Source: Fistulifera solaris
Taxonomy: Eukaryota
Reading direction: 5' to 3'
Assembly (NCBI GenBank): GCA_030295235.1
Contig: AP026136.1
Span: 1,302,001 to 1,366,000 of the forward strand
DNA: 64,000 nt
In this document: one piece after another, positions 48,201-60,510 of the stretch
Numbering within the stretch: the stretch's first letter is position 1
How the letters are laid out: every line of letters begins with the position of its first letter
Notes under the pieces: generated by a model
Seen by the model: the letters and a program-made list of their open reading frames with translations, nothing else
Told to the model about the DNA's origin: nothing
Database searches by the model: none
Position numbers and translations under genes: made by a program

Positions 48201-51200
48201 TGAGGGCGTTACTAAAGTTTTGCCCAGTAGCTCTATGAAGACTATGCAAAAGTTTATTCAAGATACCTGTTCGAATTTGTTGAAACTGAAACAGCAGGGG
48301 GCTGGTTCATCAGCAACACAGAATCAACTTGATATCGCTACAGGATGCCTACAACTGGTTCTGTCGTTGCGCCGAGCGGGGTCTTGCATTGGCATGAACA
48401 ATCCCCATGAATTCTATGCATGTGTCGTGCGCGATTTACTTGGTTTTCTGTCTGTCTGTGTTCCTTCAGAGGATGATTCTCCATGTGCTGGACTTCTAAC
48501 CAATTTTAGGCGACTCGCTTTGGATTTGATCGCTTTAGAGCTGTCGATTTTACCGGCTCATCATATGGGCGAGCAGCGAATAAAGCTGTTTTCTGAATTC
48601 AACGCAGTTTTCGGCCGTGATTTGTCAGGTCTTGTCACGTTATCGAGGTACTATCTCGAATTGCGTCATCTGGATCAGCTTTTTCAAGTATACAACTGTT
48701 ATTTCGGAGAATTCGACATTGTGCCAGGAAAGTCTGTTGAGCAAATAATGGGATATTTTGCCAATAAAACGGGCAAGCTGTGCCAAGAAAGTTTCGACAT
48801 TAGTTTTGCTTCGTCATGGCTGGCTGCGTTTCGATCAGAAAAGTCGATTACATTAAATGATCTCGCGCTGACTTACTCCCGGTTTCTTGGCGAAAACTAT
48901 TTGTTGGTTTCATGGAAGTCGCTTCTGACGTTCGTGGCTATCCAGGAAGATGTTATTGGACGAGGACCTCAGCAAAGTCATGTGCTTGGAGTACATATGA
49001 AACTGGAGACACTTACAACCATGTTGCGGAATCTAGAGGCAATGGAACGGATCCAGCCGGACTTGCTGCGGGATACAAAGCACAGGGTTGTTACAACCTG
49101 TCGTTCCTATCATTCCATTGCTCTCAAGGGGGGTGAGGATTGGGCCGATATTATCAGGCTAGTTACAAATTGCTGCCGAAAGATCGTTCAGGGCACAAGC
49201 TATGTCTCTGCCACAGTACGTGTCGGTGTTGATCAGCATGCTAATTATCTGCTTCCAAAGTTTGCGTTGCTAATACGGCCTCTCTTCTTTCCATACAGGA
49301 TGCATTTGCCGGGGTGGAGCAGTTGCTCGCGTATGCTGCCACGCTCCTTAACGAGGTTCACCCGGTATTCGCCAATAGCTCTGAAACCGATATTCTTATA
49401 TCGCTAGCTGATATTGCTTGTCAGATAGTCGAAATGATATCGCGCTACCACATGTCGTCGGGAGATCACGGTAGCCATCTCCACTGCTTAACAGTTTGTA
49501 TATCTGTGCTTGCCGCGTTGATAATCCAAGAAGAGCCACCCAATATGCTGTGGAGAGGGGGAATCCGAGTTTAGCGAACGCATCTTCCAGTTACTCAAGG
49601 AATATGATGTGATTCAAAATCTAGCCGCTCGAATCAGTTTTGCGGTGACAAATGACGGGAGTTCTACTGACCAGGATGTAACAAGCCCCTGTGATTCGAC
49701 TCATCTTGTCCTTGCACTCCTCAGCAAAATCGCCAGCATTGGTGATGCTGATATGTTATCGCTCCTCGTTGGGAGCGAGTTAGCGCGTCTTTACCCAAAC
49801 CTGTTCATTTTTCGATTCACTCGGTTGGTTGTTTTTCCATGCGAGGGTATATCGCTAAGGCTAAATCATCACAAAAAGGTTCACGTGACGAAACACAGTT
49901 GTCACGCAATCCAAGATCGCTTGAGCAGGGTAGAGACGATCCGCTACACAAGGTCTGGAGGGCTAGCATTACTTTCCTAGCTGCTGGTTTGCGTTCGGCG
50001 ACTGCGCAGGACTGCGATGAGGTTACGCGAGAAAGATACGTCATTTTGGCTCTCGACTTTCTTACTGCCAATGCAGAGACAATAAGGACATGTCTTAAGC
50101 AGTGTAGCTCTATCCTTTTCGATCAGGAATACCCAGTCCTCACGATGACCTTACTGGAAGAAGCCGGTCTCATTTTGTCGTTGGCGGGCGAGCTCTGCTC
50201 TAATGATACACTGAAGACGTTTCAAAGAAAATACAGAAGCCTTTACAACATGTTCTTGAACTTTTGTAAAACCCTTCTTGTCAGTTTGAGTTCCTTTATT
50301 TGTTCTAGTTCAACTTCAAGGGAACTTTTCCGCTGCATCGACGAAGTGGAAGACGCTGATACCATGGCTCTTGATTCCATTTCACATATATCGGACTTGG
50401 GTATTTTGTTTTTCACATTAGCTGGCGGCATTTCGAATGCTCGCCACGAAGCCATTAGGCATTCGCATTTTGCGTCGGTGAGTACGTAGGATTGCTGTTG
50501 CTTAGCCGCTGACGACCCTCTAACTTATCGTTCTGGATAGAGATGCTCAGCACCGGTCACGCCCGATGACGTTTCAAAGCAGGCTTCGTTTCCACCCGGA
50601 TTTGAATCAGACGCGCGTTTGCGAACGAACTCCGATCCAAACTCGTTGTATTCTTTAGAGCGTAATTGCAGAGAAGCGGTAAACAATACTTTCTCATTGC
50701 AGATGGAGCTCCAAGCCGCACGTGTTCTGTGCCATGTAGTTCATATCTTATTGCGAGCTCATCCAGCTGCTACTTCTTTAGTGATGCTGTTAGGTGATGC
50801 TCATCATGACGCGATGCAAATCATTCGAGAGGGATCTCACGTTGCGTTGCAGGTTGACCCTCGATCGCCCACTATCACACTTGCTGAAATTGTACGATGC
50901 GACACTGTGAACCGCCGATGGGAAGTTTGTTCATGGCAAAGGGTTCTTCGATTTACTCCGTGGTGTCTCGAAAACAAATTGTTGGTGTAGAGGACGTATC
51001 CCTAAGACAAGCAATACTTGATAGTGCCCCTGCCCCGCGATCTTCTGCGGAATTGGCGAAATCAGTAGGTGCGGCCTCTCTCGGACATTTGATCTTGGCT
51101 CTGCGCTGGTGTCGATATTCGGATATAGTAGAAGATGGCTACCCCGTAGCAAAAAGGCTTGCAGAGCTGTGTACATTTCTTTTAACAACCGAAATTTCGA

Positions 51201-51497
51201 TGCATCGTGAATCAGGAACATTTTTGTCTACCGAAACTCTTTGTTTGCAGCTCATGGATCTATATGGAGAGGAAGAGGAGTTCGCAACGTTGCTAAAAAG
51301 ATTTTTTGGGGCCTTTGTCTGAGGATCGCAGAGGTCAGCTCCAATCGATTCTAGATCGAGAGGTCTGGTCTATGGCACGCGAGCAGCTTTACGATGAAAT
51401 ACATGAGGCCACTCTGCGTATGCAACAGCATGTCCACGGACGCGGACATTCTTCGGTCGCCCCCATTTCTCCCAGAAAGTACGAGTTCCAGCAATAG
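45297..51497 (+). CDS. Large alpha-helical protein, possibly nucleoporin Nup188/Nup205-like
   Basis: About 2000 codons of collinear plus-strand ORFs, Leu-rich and helical, with 'YHRQRIARLGLLTELLR' near the N-terminus. Introns near 49216-49299 and 50478-50540, plus several homopolymer frameshifts. The family call is tentative. Confidence 0.5.
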
Positions 51498-51584
51498 TAG
51501 TACACTAGGCGTGAAATCTTTTGCACAAACATTGGTAGTGGTGTTAAAATTCATTAAGTATTGTCATCGAGTAACTCGGTTTCA

Positions 51585-54353
51585 TTATTCTTTTTCAAGC
51601 TGCTTGAATCGTGTCATCCACGCAGGAGCACCGTTGAGAGATGTATATGATGCATTGTTAAAATCGTCGCTTTCCTGTACAGACTCTTCTTTATGCACCA
51701 CGTCTGGCCGTTTTTTCAGCCACAAAGGGATTTCATCATCAGTCGCAGTGGATGATGTCTTTATCGCATTTGAAATTTCTTCTACAGAAGCATTTGTTTG
51801 TTCATCCCAACTGGCTGACGGCTCGCCAGAATACAGCTCGCTAAATATCCGATTGACGGGTTCGGTGACTTTTTCTATCAACGGTGATTGAAGTGAAGAA
51901 GGATTTGCCGTTGGGTGCTGCATTTCAAAGTTTAGAGCCTGATCGTCGCTCACCTGCTCATTTGGATGCAGTATTTCCTGCCGTTTACTCATCCACAGGG
52001 GCATGCGCGACACGTTCTTATCCTTCATTGCATTTTGATGTAAAGCAGCCTTGGTTTGTTTCTTCATAGTGGTTGGAAGCTCATCAAGCTGCGAGCACTT
52101 CTTATCAATAGAGGGGCCAGCTGGTTTGCACTCGCTCAAAAGCGTTGGAGCCGTACATGTCAGCGGCTCGGAACCTAACTCTCCGCCAAAATGACTACTT
52201 TGGTCAGTTGTTTCATTCATTAACGAAGTATTCAAAACCGACAATGGCGGTGAGGAAACCGGTGCCGGTTTATCAATTCTAATCGGGTTCTGGGAAATGT
52301 ACTGCTCTTTTGGCCCTGATTTTAGCACAACGGCTATCGACTCTTGAGAATGCAGAGCGCCACAGGCTTTACTGGTATCGTTAGCTGCTTTCTTCGATGC
52401 CGACAGAGGCCCATCTGCTTCGAATCCAGACCTTTCTAATGCATTAAGAAGGAGATGCTGTGGTTCACTTTGTTCCTCTCTTCGCCTCATAATTTCTTGT
52501 CGTTTTATCATCCACAGAGGTACAAATTTGCTGTCCGTAGTTGGATTGATTTTCATGAAATTTTTATTTTGATCGTTAGTTGTCATTTCGTCTCTAGCCG
52601 CCTGCTTTGTTGTAAACCTCTGGCGGCAAACAGTGTCTTCTTCTCTGTCCCGGTTTTGAGCTTGACAAAGAATTGTGGACGACCAGAGCGGCTCGATCAA
52701 TTCAGAAGCCTCTTGCGAACACTTTTCGATGCATGGGGAGGGAATGGATGACTTGCTGCTTTGATTAGGAGGCTGTTCGCGTTCGCGGCCACATGATGCA
52801 GCTTGACAGAATTCCCTTTCACTGGGAATCCATTTTCGTAGAGCCGAGATAGCAGAGTCTTGTGACTCTTCTGTAAAATCGCCATTGCTTCCATGACTGC
52901 TTGTAGAACTCTCATCGGTCCATTCACTCTCTTCTACAGATTCATAATCATCCGTCAATTTTACTTCAACCAGGTTGCTGGCTTCGACGCGCTCTAAGTC
53001 GGCTTCGTCAACAAAGTATCCTCTTTCTGAAACTAAATCATCAAAAGTCGCTTTCTTAAAGCTTTCAGCTCCTTCTGAGTTGCATGATGTGGCATATTCT
53101 GTTGCGGACTTATTTTTAGGTTTTAGAACACAGCGAAACCAAGCCACTGCGCAGACACACACCGAAAGACTGGCCATGAGAACAGCGCAAATGAGAATGA
53201 CGGGGGGTTTGTTGTCATCGACCCTACCCACTTGAAAGTTCATTAAATTGTCTAATTCGTCTGCATCAGTAACAACATGGCATGAAACTGTTGTCGAGAA
53301 AACATCAAAAGGCATTTGCTCAAGCGATGCCAAGTATTCGGCGTAGAAAGCTCCTTCATGTTTCATTCCCTCCAGTATAACACTTTTTACCTCAGCTATT
53401 GATGGCGCTGAAGCATCGTTTTTCGCTTGAAACAGGATTGTTATTTCGAATTGGATCATCCGAGAACTGATGAGTTTGTATCGCTGGACCTCTAAACCCT
53501 CAAATTGTATTGCCTCGACACCATCGAAAGTTCTTGCGTACATGTTATCCAAAAATTGTTCTGTCAAATGAACCAGGTACAAGGTTTCTACTTCGCTTGG
53601 CAGCTTGTTGGACCGCGTGCTGTACTCAAATACAAGAATTTCGATCGGTCGACCAACAACGTTTGTAATGCCGTCCTCTGCGGAGTCAAATCGGAAAGGG
53701 CTGAGTGAGGTCCAACAGAGAATACAGCGCATCGTGAACTACGATTACTTCGCCGTACATACCTTCGTCATTCGGTGACAAACCTTGCGTATCATACGCC
53801 CTAGATAACACGGACTGATTTTCAACTGCAGCAGTTTCATCGTTTTCGCTTCGTTTCTTAGAAGACTTGCGTCCATTGTTCGACCTTTTGGGCTCCTTGA
53901 CGTGGGATTCTTCTTGAAGGCCGGCGCCGTTCGGGTGATGACTCTGGACAACTTGTTTGGTAGTCTTTTTACTAGCTCTTTTCACATCGCTAGATTCTCT
54001 CTTCGAATGATGACTTTGGACTGTTTGCGCTGGTTTTGCAGCGGCTTGTTGCTCAAAGCCTTTGGATGATGACTGTGAACAATCTGTGTTTCTTTTGGCC
54101 CACTTTCTCCGACTGCAATAGATGCATCAGCGCGATCCACTCTACTATTCTCCTTGGACGACTTTTTGGACCCTTTGGCATGTGATCTATTGTTCTTTCT
54201 CCCTGCGTCATCTACGGTAGCCGATGATCCATGTTTGTTTTCCAGGATTCGAGGTGAACGAATCGCATAGTCACCGCGAAGAAGTGAGCTTGTTGCCGAG
54301 CCGAGAAGTGCAGCGAAAAGGATAGCAGTATAGTTGATAAGCTTCAATCTCAT
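51585..54353 (-). CDS. Type-I membrane protein: signal peptide, Lys/Ser-rich region, extracellular domain, TM, long tail with repeated PxWM motifs
   Basis: Signal MRLKLINYTAILFAALLGSATS-SLLRG; TM 'VILICAVLMASLSVCVCAVAWF'. ORFs 53982-54353, 53686-53985 and 51585-53732 are collinear; the joins (frameshift or intron) are inferred. Confidence 0.6.
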
Positions 54354-54828
54354 GGTGTGTATTGTAATTGATACGACTCTCGATTGTCGTTTTTCTGTGA
54401 AAGGGTGCGCTCACATTTTGAATTTGTCGCCCAAATTTTCGTGAAAAGAGGCGTTGGAGGTTGAATTCATAATTTTCAACTTATGAATGGATACCGTTCG
54501 GAACTGTGTCTTATAATGTATGATTGGTTTCCGTTCAATAGATCTGACTATGAGAAAGTTACCAAGTATTGTAGTTTAGTACTAAGTCGCATGTCGCATG
54601 TGGCATGCCTACTGGTACTGGATGATGAATTTTCTCCTCGTTCGTCGTTTGGCGCAATAACAACAGACTCCGAACGTCAAACGCAAAACAAGCACGCCGC
54701 ACACGGCTACGGAGAAATCCGACATTCACGACATTTAACTTAGCCTAACGACTATCTATGCTCATGCACTAAGAGATCAAGGGCCCTATCGATGAGCGAA
54801 AGGAGTTATGAGCTATTTTCGTTATGAA

Positions 54829-56046
54829 TTAGTTTACGTGCTGAGCAATGAAGACCGATCTTCGAGAAGAGATCGATCTTGTCAGTTTCGGTGAGCCTCC
54901 ATCACGACGTCCGGCCTCGACAGTAATGAAACGACCAGATTGCCTGTGTAAATTGTGAGCAAGACTATCAGGATACCTGCCTTCTACATGGGCCGAACAA
55001 GTCCTTCTCAGAGAACCGGGTTGTGATGCCGATTTGAAAAGACCACTTTGGTTGCGCAGAACAATTTCTTCCATACCCCGACTAGCACGGCATATAGTCT
55101 TTTGCGCGAAACCATCCTGGGCTGTGGGAGGGACCTACAAGAAATGTCATCTTGTTGATGCATTTGGAGGTCTCGACGAGTTTCATCGCTTCTTCTTTCA
55201 ATAGAGCTTTGGACGAGGTGTAAGACCGAGAACGCTGCGGAGGTAACACTTTTGGTACATCCTCTGTTTGAGCTAAATCCATTGAACGACGATAATCATC
55301 TGGATCTTGTCGGATGCGGCGTATCGATGTTCTTGGAGTCAAAGATCTCTGTCGAGGCAGAAATTTGGAGAGGTCTTCCTCGTCATGTAGATCGCTTTCA
55401 GAACCTAAAGAACTCAGCGAGACCAACTGGGAAAAGCTTTCAGAGAATCTCTATTAAATAGGCAGCAGCATCGTCTGCATCAGTTTGAGCAAGCTGACGG
55501 GCTTCCGAGACAGCACGCGCAGAAGCTAAAGCAAAAATTGTTTCGTCTCTGTGAATCAAGATCGATTGCTTCGCCAACTCTGATACGCCTTCGTTAGATA
55601 ACATGCGTTCTAAACCTCTGTAACTGAAATGGGACGTTTCATCCATTCCACCATCGAGTTTTGTCATCTTGGCCAAATCAAACATTTCGTTCTTCATCTC
55701 TTGGTACTCAGATTTTGAGAACCAAAGCGCACGTTCTCTGCGTTGCTCGAGGCTATCTTAGGTACGCTGTAGGTTCTATGTTTTTCTTCACTGAAGGACA
55801 CTTTACGGGGATTGCCAAGTCTATCAGTGGATCGAGAAAAAAACAGACCGAGAGGGCAGAGCAGGTCGTGAAGATAGGGAACGAGAAGGTAGCGATTTAG
55901 GGCATGATGAAAGGGAGCGACCAGCAGCCGTAGATTGACTGCACGTGCTTTGAGTTTCATTTTCTCTAAACTTTCGTTGTTGTTTTCTCATTGCGGCTAG
56001 GAGCTGCTCAAGTGGTAGCTTGCGGCGCGACTCCATTCTCTCTTTC
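54829..56046 (-). CDS. Diatom-type 'VxF...WY...RGLE' family protein (fragmented)
   Basis: RKVSF, then WYQE and YRGLE across adjacent frames; collinear ORFs broken by single-base shifts. Confidence 0.55.
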
Positions 56047-57584
56047 ATCTTGATTGGAAATCTAATGTACGGAAACACGATAAAAATGAAGCAAAAATTT
56101 GTTTGGTTTCGGCGTGTTGCAGTGGTTATGAACAATAGGACTAAGACAGTGAGTTGTGCTGCAAGAGAGACGAGAACCGAACGTTCTTGCGAGTTGCGAA
56201 GTGGCAACACTTTGAAGTTTGAAGTCTCGTTCAAATGTTCAATCATCGACCATCATTCATCATTCATCATTGGTCATCGATCATCGGTCATAAAAATGAG
56301 TTATTTATGGTAATTGTTGCATTCTTTTATCATTCTTCTTATAAAGCCGAAAACACCTAAACTCATTAGGTGTAATGTCTAATTCGCAATCCGCAAATCT
56401 TTGCTCTTCGCTCAAAGAATAACAATCGAATCTCTCTCTAGCTAGACTCTCACTAGAAAGTCAAAAAGCAAGATTTTAGGAAAAGTCATTGTTCATCGTC
56501 GTCTTCTGTTGACTTCGACCGCTCCCTCTAGAGAGATTGGTCCATTTGTATCCAAGACTGGATTGTAGTCACGAGTAATGGGAGAGGAAAATTGTTGATA
56601 GCAAGCGTTTGATGATTCTCGAACACGAGCTTATCAATCTGGTTCCAACAGACATTCCTTCTTGATGTTTTATGAGCTGTTTTTCGATTGCAACCATTAC
56701 TATTGACGTCGAAAACTCGTCCGGATTATTCCTTAACATATTACTATAGCTACAAAGTGTTGACCGTTTTCTCCAAGACTGGATTTCAGTCACGCGCTAA
56801 TATCGGCGCCACTGGCCGCTGCGTGACAAAAGTGACAATAATGCTATGAGAGAACATGATGAGTGACATTTGTATTCATCAGTTCCTGGCATCAGGCTTT
56901 TGTGCTTCTGATCAACAATGCAAGAAGGACTTTACTTGCTACAAGCTTCTTGAGTCTTCCCTTTCTTTCGTGCGTTCTGCGAGAACAGCCTACAATTATT
57001 TTTCAACATTTCAAGCCCCAGTAAGCGTTCGCGAAGTTCGGAAAGCGATATCAAATGCCTTCTTACAATATACATAGGCCCGTCCGGTCTCATGAGCCAA
57101 ACCTGAATCTTTTTGAAGGGCGAACGTCTAAATCGAAAACTCCGATAACAATCCGCTTTGAAATCCGGTCGACAGTGATAGTCCAGGATATCTACGACAT
57201 TGCCCCGTAAGCTGCGCCAACACGAGGCCTAAAAGATCGCAGAGCGACAACAAACCAATGCATTGTGCTCCGACCCGTCAATTCATCCGTTCAATCGGAA
57301 TAATCGGAAGATCTTGTCAAATGAAAATATTGGCAGCCACAGCAATCATCCCTGGTTATGGCTAGCTAATTTCCGTGGCGACGGAAACTTAAAATCGAAT
57401 TTTTAACACGTTCCGATGGACTACCGGTCTTGTCAAATTCTTCTGTCGACAACTCCGCTTCATTTTTCTGGATTGGTTGATGTCGGCTGTTGCCTCCGAC
57501 AAACTTGACTTGACAACAATTTTTAAGACTCATAAAGCAGACTCCAAACTCCAAACGCCAAACGAAACAATCGAATGCAAAACT

Positions 57585-58914
57585 ATGATTCGTTTTTCTC
57601 TACATTCCCTGACTTTCTACATGATGCTCATGCCCAACGTCGAGTCGCACGGCGTCTCATCTCACCTCGCAGTCGTAATGAGGTGGCTCGCGAGGAAGGT
57701 TCAAATGTTGCCAGTCCTGGGGTTCCTGTAAAAGAGTACTGCTGGCATTGCTTGAACCGCAACAATGGTATTTGCGGAAAGGTTGACGGAAACAATTACG
57801 ACGAATGGCTCGACTCGGCCGGAAACCCGATGCCTTGGAAACCGGAGGCGACTTACCAACGCGGCGACATGATTACTATCGAAACTGAAATCACGGCTCA
57901 CCACTGGGGACACATTGAACTCCGTGCCTGTCCCAATGGTCGTCAGTCGACGCAGAACTGTCTGGATTCGTATCCGTTGGAGTTTGTGCAGGACGTGGAT
58001 TATGCAATGCCTCAGGATCCGAACTTTCCAGATCGAGGATATCTTGCGGATCGATACCGTTCGTATACCATGAAGTTTCGTTTGCCCAGCAACTTGGTGG
58101 GGGATCAAGTCCTTCTTCAGGTACGTCGTCGTAGTTATTGCTCATGATACTAGTAGCCCTGAACTACCTCACGAGCGTCGTTTAACACGTCGACTGAACA
58201 GTGGCGCTACATCACGTCAAACTCGTAAGTATTTGTGTTAGTTGCATTCGCACCCATCTGTTCGTGTGTCCTGACTTTCAAATTCTTTCCCTTTGCTTCC
58301 GTTTACTTTTCAGTTGTCTTCCTCCAGGTTATGTCGACTACTATACAAATATTTCAAATGATGTCGGCCGCAGCAACCTACGTTTGAGAGAATGTTCGCT
58401 TCCTTATTCAAATGATGGACTTGGCTATCCTGAACAGTTCTGGAACTGTGCTGAAAGTAGGTAGACGTAAATCACTCAACCAGAGTAACGTCACACGAAA
58501 CTCTTCTAACAACTCTGTAATCTCTCCTTTTTTGCAGTTTCGGTGGTTGATAAATCCGGAGGCTCGCCTCTTCCTCGTACGCCAGTCAAAGCTCCTACGA
58601 AAGTCGCCACTCCGGTTCCAACGCAGTCACCGTCCGCCAGCCCAGAGAAAAGTGCCGTCGAGTTTCCTGACAGTGTGAGCGACAAAGGTTGCTGTTCGTT
58701 TGATTTTCAGAATTGTATCACGAACTCGTATTGGTGTGGAACGACGGAAGCAGATTGCCTTAGTTGTGAATCCAAAATGAACTGGCTTCCGAGCGGCGCC
58801 CTTGACGATCAGAGTTGCGCTGCCCGCTACCAGACTTGCACCGATCAAGCATGTTGCCCTGGATTGATTTGCGAGCAGAAAAACGCCTTCTACTCGCAGT
58901 GCAATGCTCCTTGA
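57585..58914 (+). CDS. Secreted lytic polysaccharide monooxygenase (AA15-like) with Pro/Thr linker and C-terminal Cys-rich carbohydrate-binding-like modules
   Basis: Signal MIRFSLHSLTFYMMLMPNVES then His1: HG(R)LISPRSRN after restoring one G near 57652. Also 'ITAHHWGHIELRAC', 'VLLQ/WRYITSN/SC' and 'PEQFWNCAE'. Introns at 58121-58201, 58225-58313 and 58461-58537. Ends CCPGLICEQKNAFYSQC. Confidence 0.85.
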
Positions 58915-59246
58915 GATTGTTTTTATTTCTTGTGATTGGTTTGGCACGAACCGCTCGCAAAGTAGATTTCTTGGTAGCCAAATAAGTGTCTTATAAAAGC
59001 AGTCACTTTAAGTGAACTCGTATTATGTATGTTCTTCGCCAAGTCAAAGTCATAAATAAAGCCCAACTATTATTGCAAGAGAACGTGTATTGAAAGTTGA
59101 CGATATATTATAAATAACTTACTATGAATAAGATCATCGTTGAAGGCGATACAAAGTTCATGCAATGCGAGCCGTTTACGAGAGTTGATAAAGTATGCTG
59201 TCTTCTATCGAGTTGCTGTAACCCAAATGGATACACATGATATGAA

Positions 59247-59633
59247 TTAAACTTTCTGAGGACGACGACGTCCGCGCGTTTTCGATTTTGGTGGAGCTCC
59301 AGACATGACCGCAATTTCTCTCGAGTCGGTAGTCATACAAGTGAGTTCATCCGGTTCGAAGCCGAATGAGACGGCGCTATCGTTCATAAACGAGTCATTC
59401 ATCTTTCCCAAAGCTGCTCCAAGCGACGGCTTTGTTGAGTGGCTGGTTGTTTTGCGGCCACCTCGTTTGCTGGAGGGCTTGACAGGATTGGAGACACCCT
59501 TGTCAAGTTGCGGCCCTAAAGAATCATTTGTTACTATCGACTCATCGCTTGCATGAATACGAGGGCCCTTTCTGTGGTTCTCTACAAAGTAATCAAGCGA
59601 CATGGAGGAGTTGTTGTTAACTGCAAAGTTCAT
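59247..59633 (-). CDS. Small hypothetical low-complexity protein
   Basis: 128-aa ATG ORF preceded by a CAA-rich leader; no family recognised. Confidence 0.5.
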   Translation of the reverse strand: MNFAVNNNSSMSLDYFVENHRKGPRIHASDESIVTNDSLGPQLDKGVSNPVKPSSKRGGRKTTSHSTKPSLGAALGKMNDSFMNDSAVSFGFEPDELTCMTTDSREIAVMSGAPPKSKTRGRRRPQKV

Positions 59634-60510
59634 TGTAATTGTAGTGACGACTGCGATGGATTAACAAGTCGTTTCTTGTTGCTTTTGGCTGTGGCTCTCG
59701 TTGCTGCTGTTTATACGTTTTTCATTGTTTCATTATTATTATTTGTTGGTTTTGCGTTGGGTTGGTTTCTCTTCCGTTCTCGACACTCAAAGTCTAAGGT
59801 ATCAGGTATCGTGAAGGGCGAAAAGAGCCAAGTAGCAAAATCAGTTGTAAAGTTGTAAAAGTCATTATAGCCTTTTCTGGCTTAAGCAGGTTAGATCACT
59901 GGTCATTTGATACGCTGAAAGTACACAAACAAAATAGGAGCCAAGACACAAACATTATTGTCTTTACCCCATTACGACCAGTCCTTCTGCAATTATCACT
60001 GAATGAACCATAGAAACTTACACATTTATTTCGTCCTAATAAAGCTACTTAAGCCCATGACCATGACCTACCTCCGACGACGACTGACGACTCCTCCTCC
60101 TCCTCGGAGAACCTTGAACCTTGAACCCTTAACCCGTATGTTCCTCACTGTTTTCATGGCGTGACGTCTCACGTCGTAGGCCCCAAAAGAGGCTTTTTCT
60201 GAATAGCCGAGAGCCGCGGCAACGAGGAGGTCGTCGTCAATCCGCAACGGCCGCGTCTTTTTTTCGATGGTGCGTCGCAGCTGAGTCGAGGACGATCGAC
60301 GATGATCCTTTGGTTCAATTATTATTTCGTTCCTTCTCAATCGAAAAGACAACTTATTAGCAAAGATGGAAGCAATATCTTTAACAGGTGCTACGATGGT
60401 CTCCAGCAGCTCTGCAGACCCTTTAGCTTCGCTCTCCGAAGGAACCGATGATTCGAACGGCGTCTCCGGAGCAATTTCTCCCCGACGCGTGGCTTCATCC
60501 TGCTGTGGAA

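Noticed and set aside
60110..60135. Telomere-like aaccttg/aaccctt repeats
   Set aside because: Only 3-4 imperfect units; too short to support.
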